64,000 nucleotides of DNA, taken from Neoechinorhynchus agilis (Eukaryota > Animalia > Acanthocephala). The notes under the pieces were generated by a model. The model was not told where the DNA came from and made no database searches. It saw only the letters and a program-made list of their open reading frames with translations. A program made the position numbers and the translations under genes. Each line of letters begins with the position of its first letter. Within the stretch, counting starts at the first letter, position 1. Positions 62,901-64,000 of the stretch are shown here, one piece after another. The stretch is from assembly GCA_051530055.1 (NCBI GenBank), contig CM121342.1:13345480-13409479 (forward strand), written 5' to 3'.

Positions 62901-63546
62901 GAGAAGACGAAATCCTTATGTGACAAATGTGAAATTCCTATTTCTTTCAGTAGATAATCTTCTAATTAATCTCGTGGATCATTGCGACAAAGCCTTTTTT
63001 AAAATTCTAAAATCGCTACAAAAAGTTTAAGAATCAACTTAGCTGATAAAAAACCGTCCCGATAATTGAAACTTGCTTAGAGTCAAAATTTCTTATATAG
63101 ATTTCGTGTTCCATAAATATTTGATAAATTATAACGACGCTGGTCAAATGGTTCATCAACGAATGATGTGTGGCATTATCGGACCGAACGACGAACTGAT
63201 GAAAGCACTTTCAGTAAAAACGGTTTCGCATCCTCATCCGGATATTGTTTTAGATTCAGTCATAGAGGATCATATAAGCATAACGCTTGCCATTCCTCAT
63301 ACAATAGAATTTGCATTTGATCTACGATACGATGGAGATACAAGTGGACGGCGCCTTATTAATGATAGAGCATATGATCTTGTAAAAGTGAAGTCCACAA
63401 ACACTTCAATAACATTCAGGGTTCAATTGAAGACACCCGGGAGGTTTTTGTTTAGCATCTACGCTAAACCAAAGAGCCCTGATCAAAAACAAGATGATTC
63501 CCTCCAACACCTCTACACCTACGCAATCACTAGACCAACGACTTGA
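59950..63546 (+). CDS. Hil: Hillarin (LIM domain, coiled coil, transglutaminase-like/KY peptidase domain)
   Basis: LIM CPRCGQIVYPVEKIGP...HRVCFKC..C; EKARAIFRWITV, DTPMGLLRGIKYGTETYH, HSKS.GYEPG, WNAV.IDG.WRFVQCNWGAR, YEYDEHYFLTDP, GQYGLDIYAR; three GT-AG introns and two non-canonical insertions. Confidence 0.92.
61413..61480 (+). other. TG/TA-flanked hairpin insertion (66 nt) with an in-frame TGA in hillarin
   Basis: 18/19-bp stem 61417-61435 / 61458-61476; removal gives FRWITVKDLN. Confidence 0.75.
62896..63115 (+). other. TA-flanked 218-nt insertion with terminal inverted repeat in hillarin
   Basis: TA at 62896-62897 and 63114-63115; acgaaatc (62907-62914) / gatttcgt (63100-63107); removal gives MSHCCKYLINY. 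Confidence 0.65.
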
Positions 63547-64000
63547 ACGGCTTATCCACTTGTGTGTAGGGTGTACTAGTTGGTGATGCTTTCGATTGTT
63601 TCCATATTAAACAAATCTATAAGTATATTATTCGATCAGAAATGCTATATAATTGTTTCCAGAATTACGTTTGTCGACAGGCTATCGGGTCCCACCGCAG
63701 TAGTAATTACATTATAAATAATAACACGTCTTATTGATTTGTGTGTTTAAGAAATTAGACCCATGTACCTTTGGGTCGTCCTCATAAACGCACAGATATT
63801 CTGTTTTTTTGTATGTCCGTTCGGGTGGGAATGTCCGGCATGGGGATGCCTTTTCGAGTTAGAATTTCTGGACAGGAACGTCCGTTCTGGTGGAAATATC
63901 AAGTCTTGTTATGGCCGTACTGGTGGGAATTGGCTGATATTGTTTGCAGGAGCGCTTATTAGGTTGGTCTAGCCTCAGTCTCGCAAAAAGTGACCGTAAT

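Noticed and set aside
1509-63115. The inserts are U12-type (AT-AC) introns
   Set aside because: None has the RTATCCTT 5' consensus, an evident TCCTTAAC-like branch point near the 3' end, or an AC terminus at the frame-restoring position.
1509-63115. All inserts are sequencing indels next to ordinary introns
   Set aside because: Plausible for SPO11 and the catulin one-base conflict. It does not explain GST, SLC35A, LUC7 or the 66-nt hillarin insert, where canonical sites are absent or would add residues to conserved motifs, and it does not explain the shared stems and TA ends.
63515-63590. Hairpin around the hillarin stop codon as a further insert
   Set aside because: Pairing is interrupted, no frame-restoring TA pair was found, and the protein plausibly ends here.

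Overview
A gene-dense, AT-rich window from an animal genome with short introns. The hillarin motifs (KDLN, GTETYH, GHSKS) look spiralian from memory, but the species cannot be identified from the sequence. Recognisable genes: condensin subunit NCAPD2 (3' part), SPO11, PGS1, a BarX-type homeobox gene, TANGO6, initiator tRNA-Met, a bHLH factor, a BAF-domain protein, a GST, a CS-domain protein, an SLC35A nucleotide-sugar transporter, two near-identical SLC37-like MFS genes, a secreted Cys/Pro-repeat protein, LUC7, alpha-catulin and hillarin. Repeats include decayed CRE-like, RTE-like and Penelope-like retroelements, MITE/foldback elements (some with hammerhead-ribozyme cores) and a ~107-bp satellite. 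Main result: alongside about 20 ordinary GT/GC-AG introns, eight coding interruptions (nine counting the duplicated gene) of 52-218 nt break conserved protein motifs in seven genes. They lack a clean GT-AG solution and share no sequence. All fold into a terminal hairpin. All are bounded by a duplicated TA (TA/TG in two cases), and removing the insert plus one TA restores the conserved protein. This points to a non-canonical class of TA-flanked hairpin introns, or to ciliate-IES-like DNA excision, in an invertebrate. No transcript data are available, so the exact junctions and the mechanism are inference.
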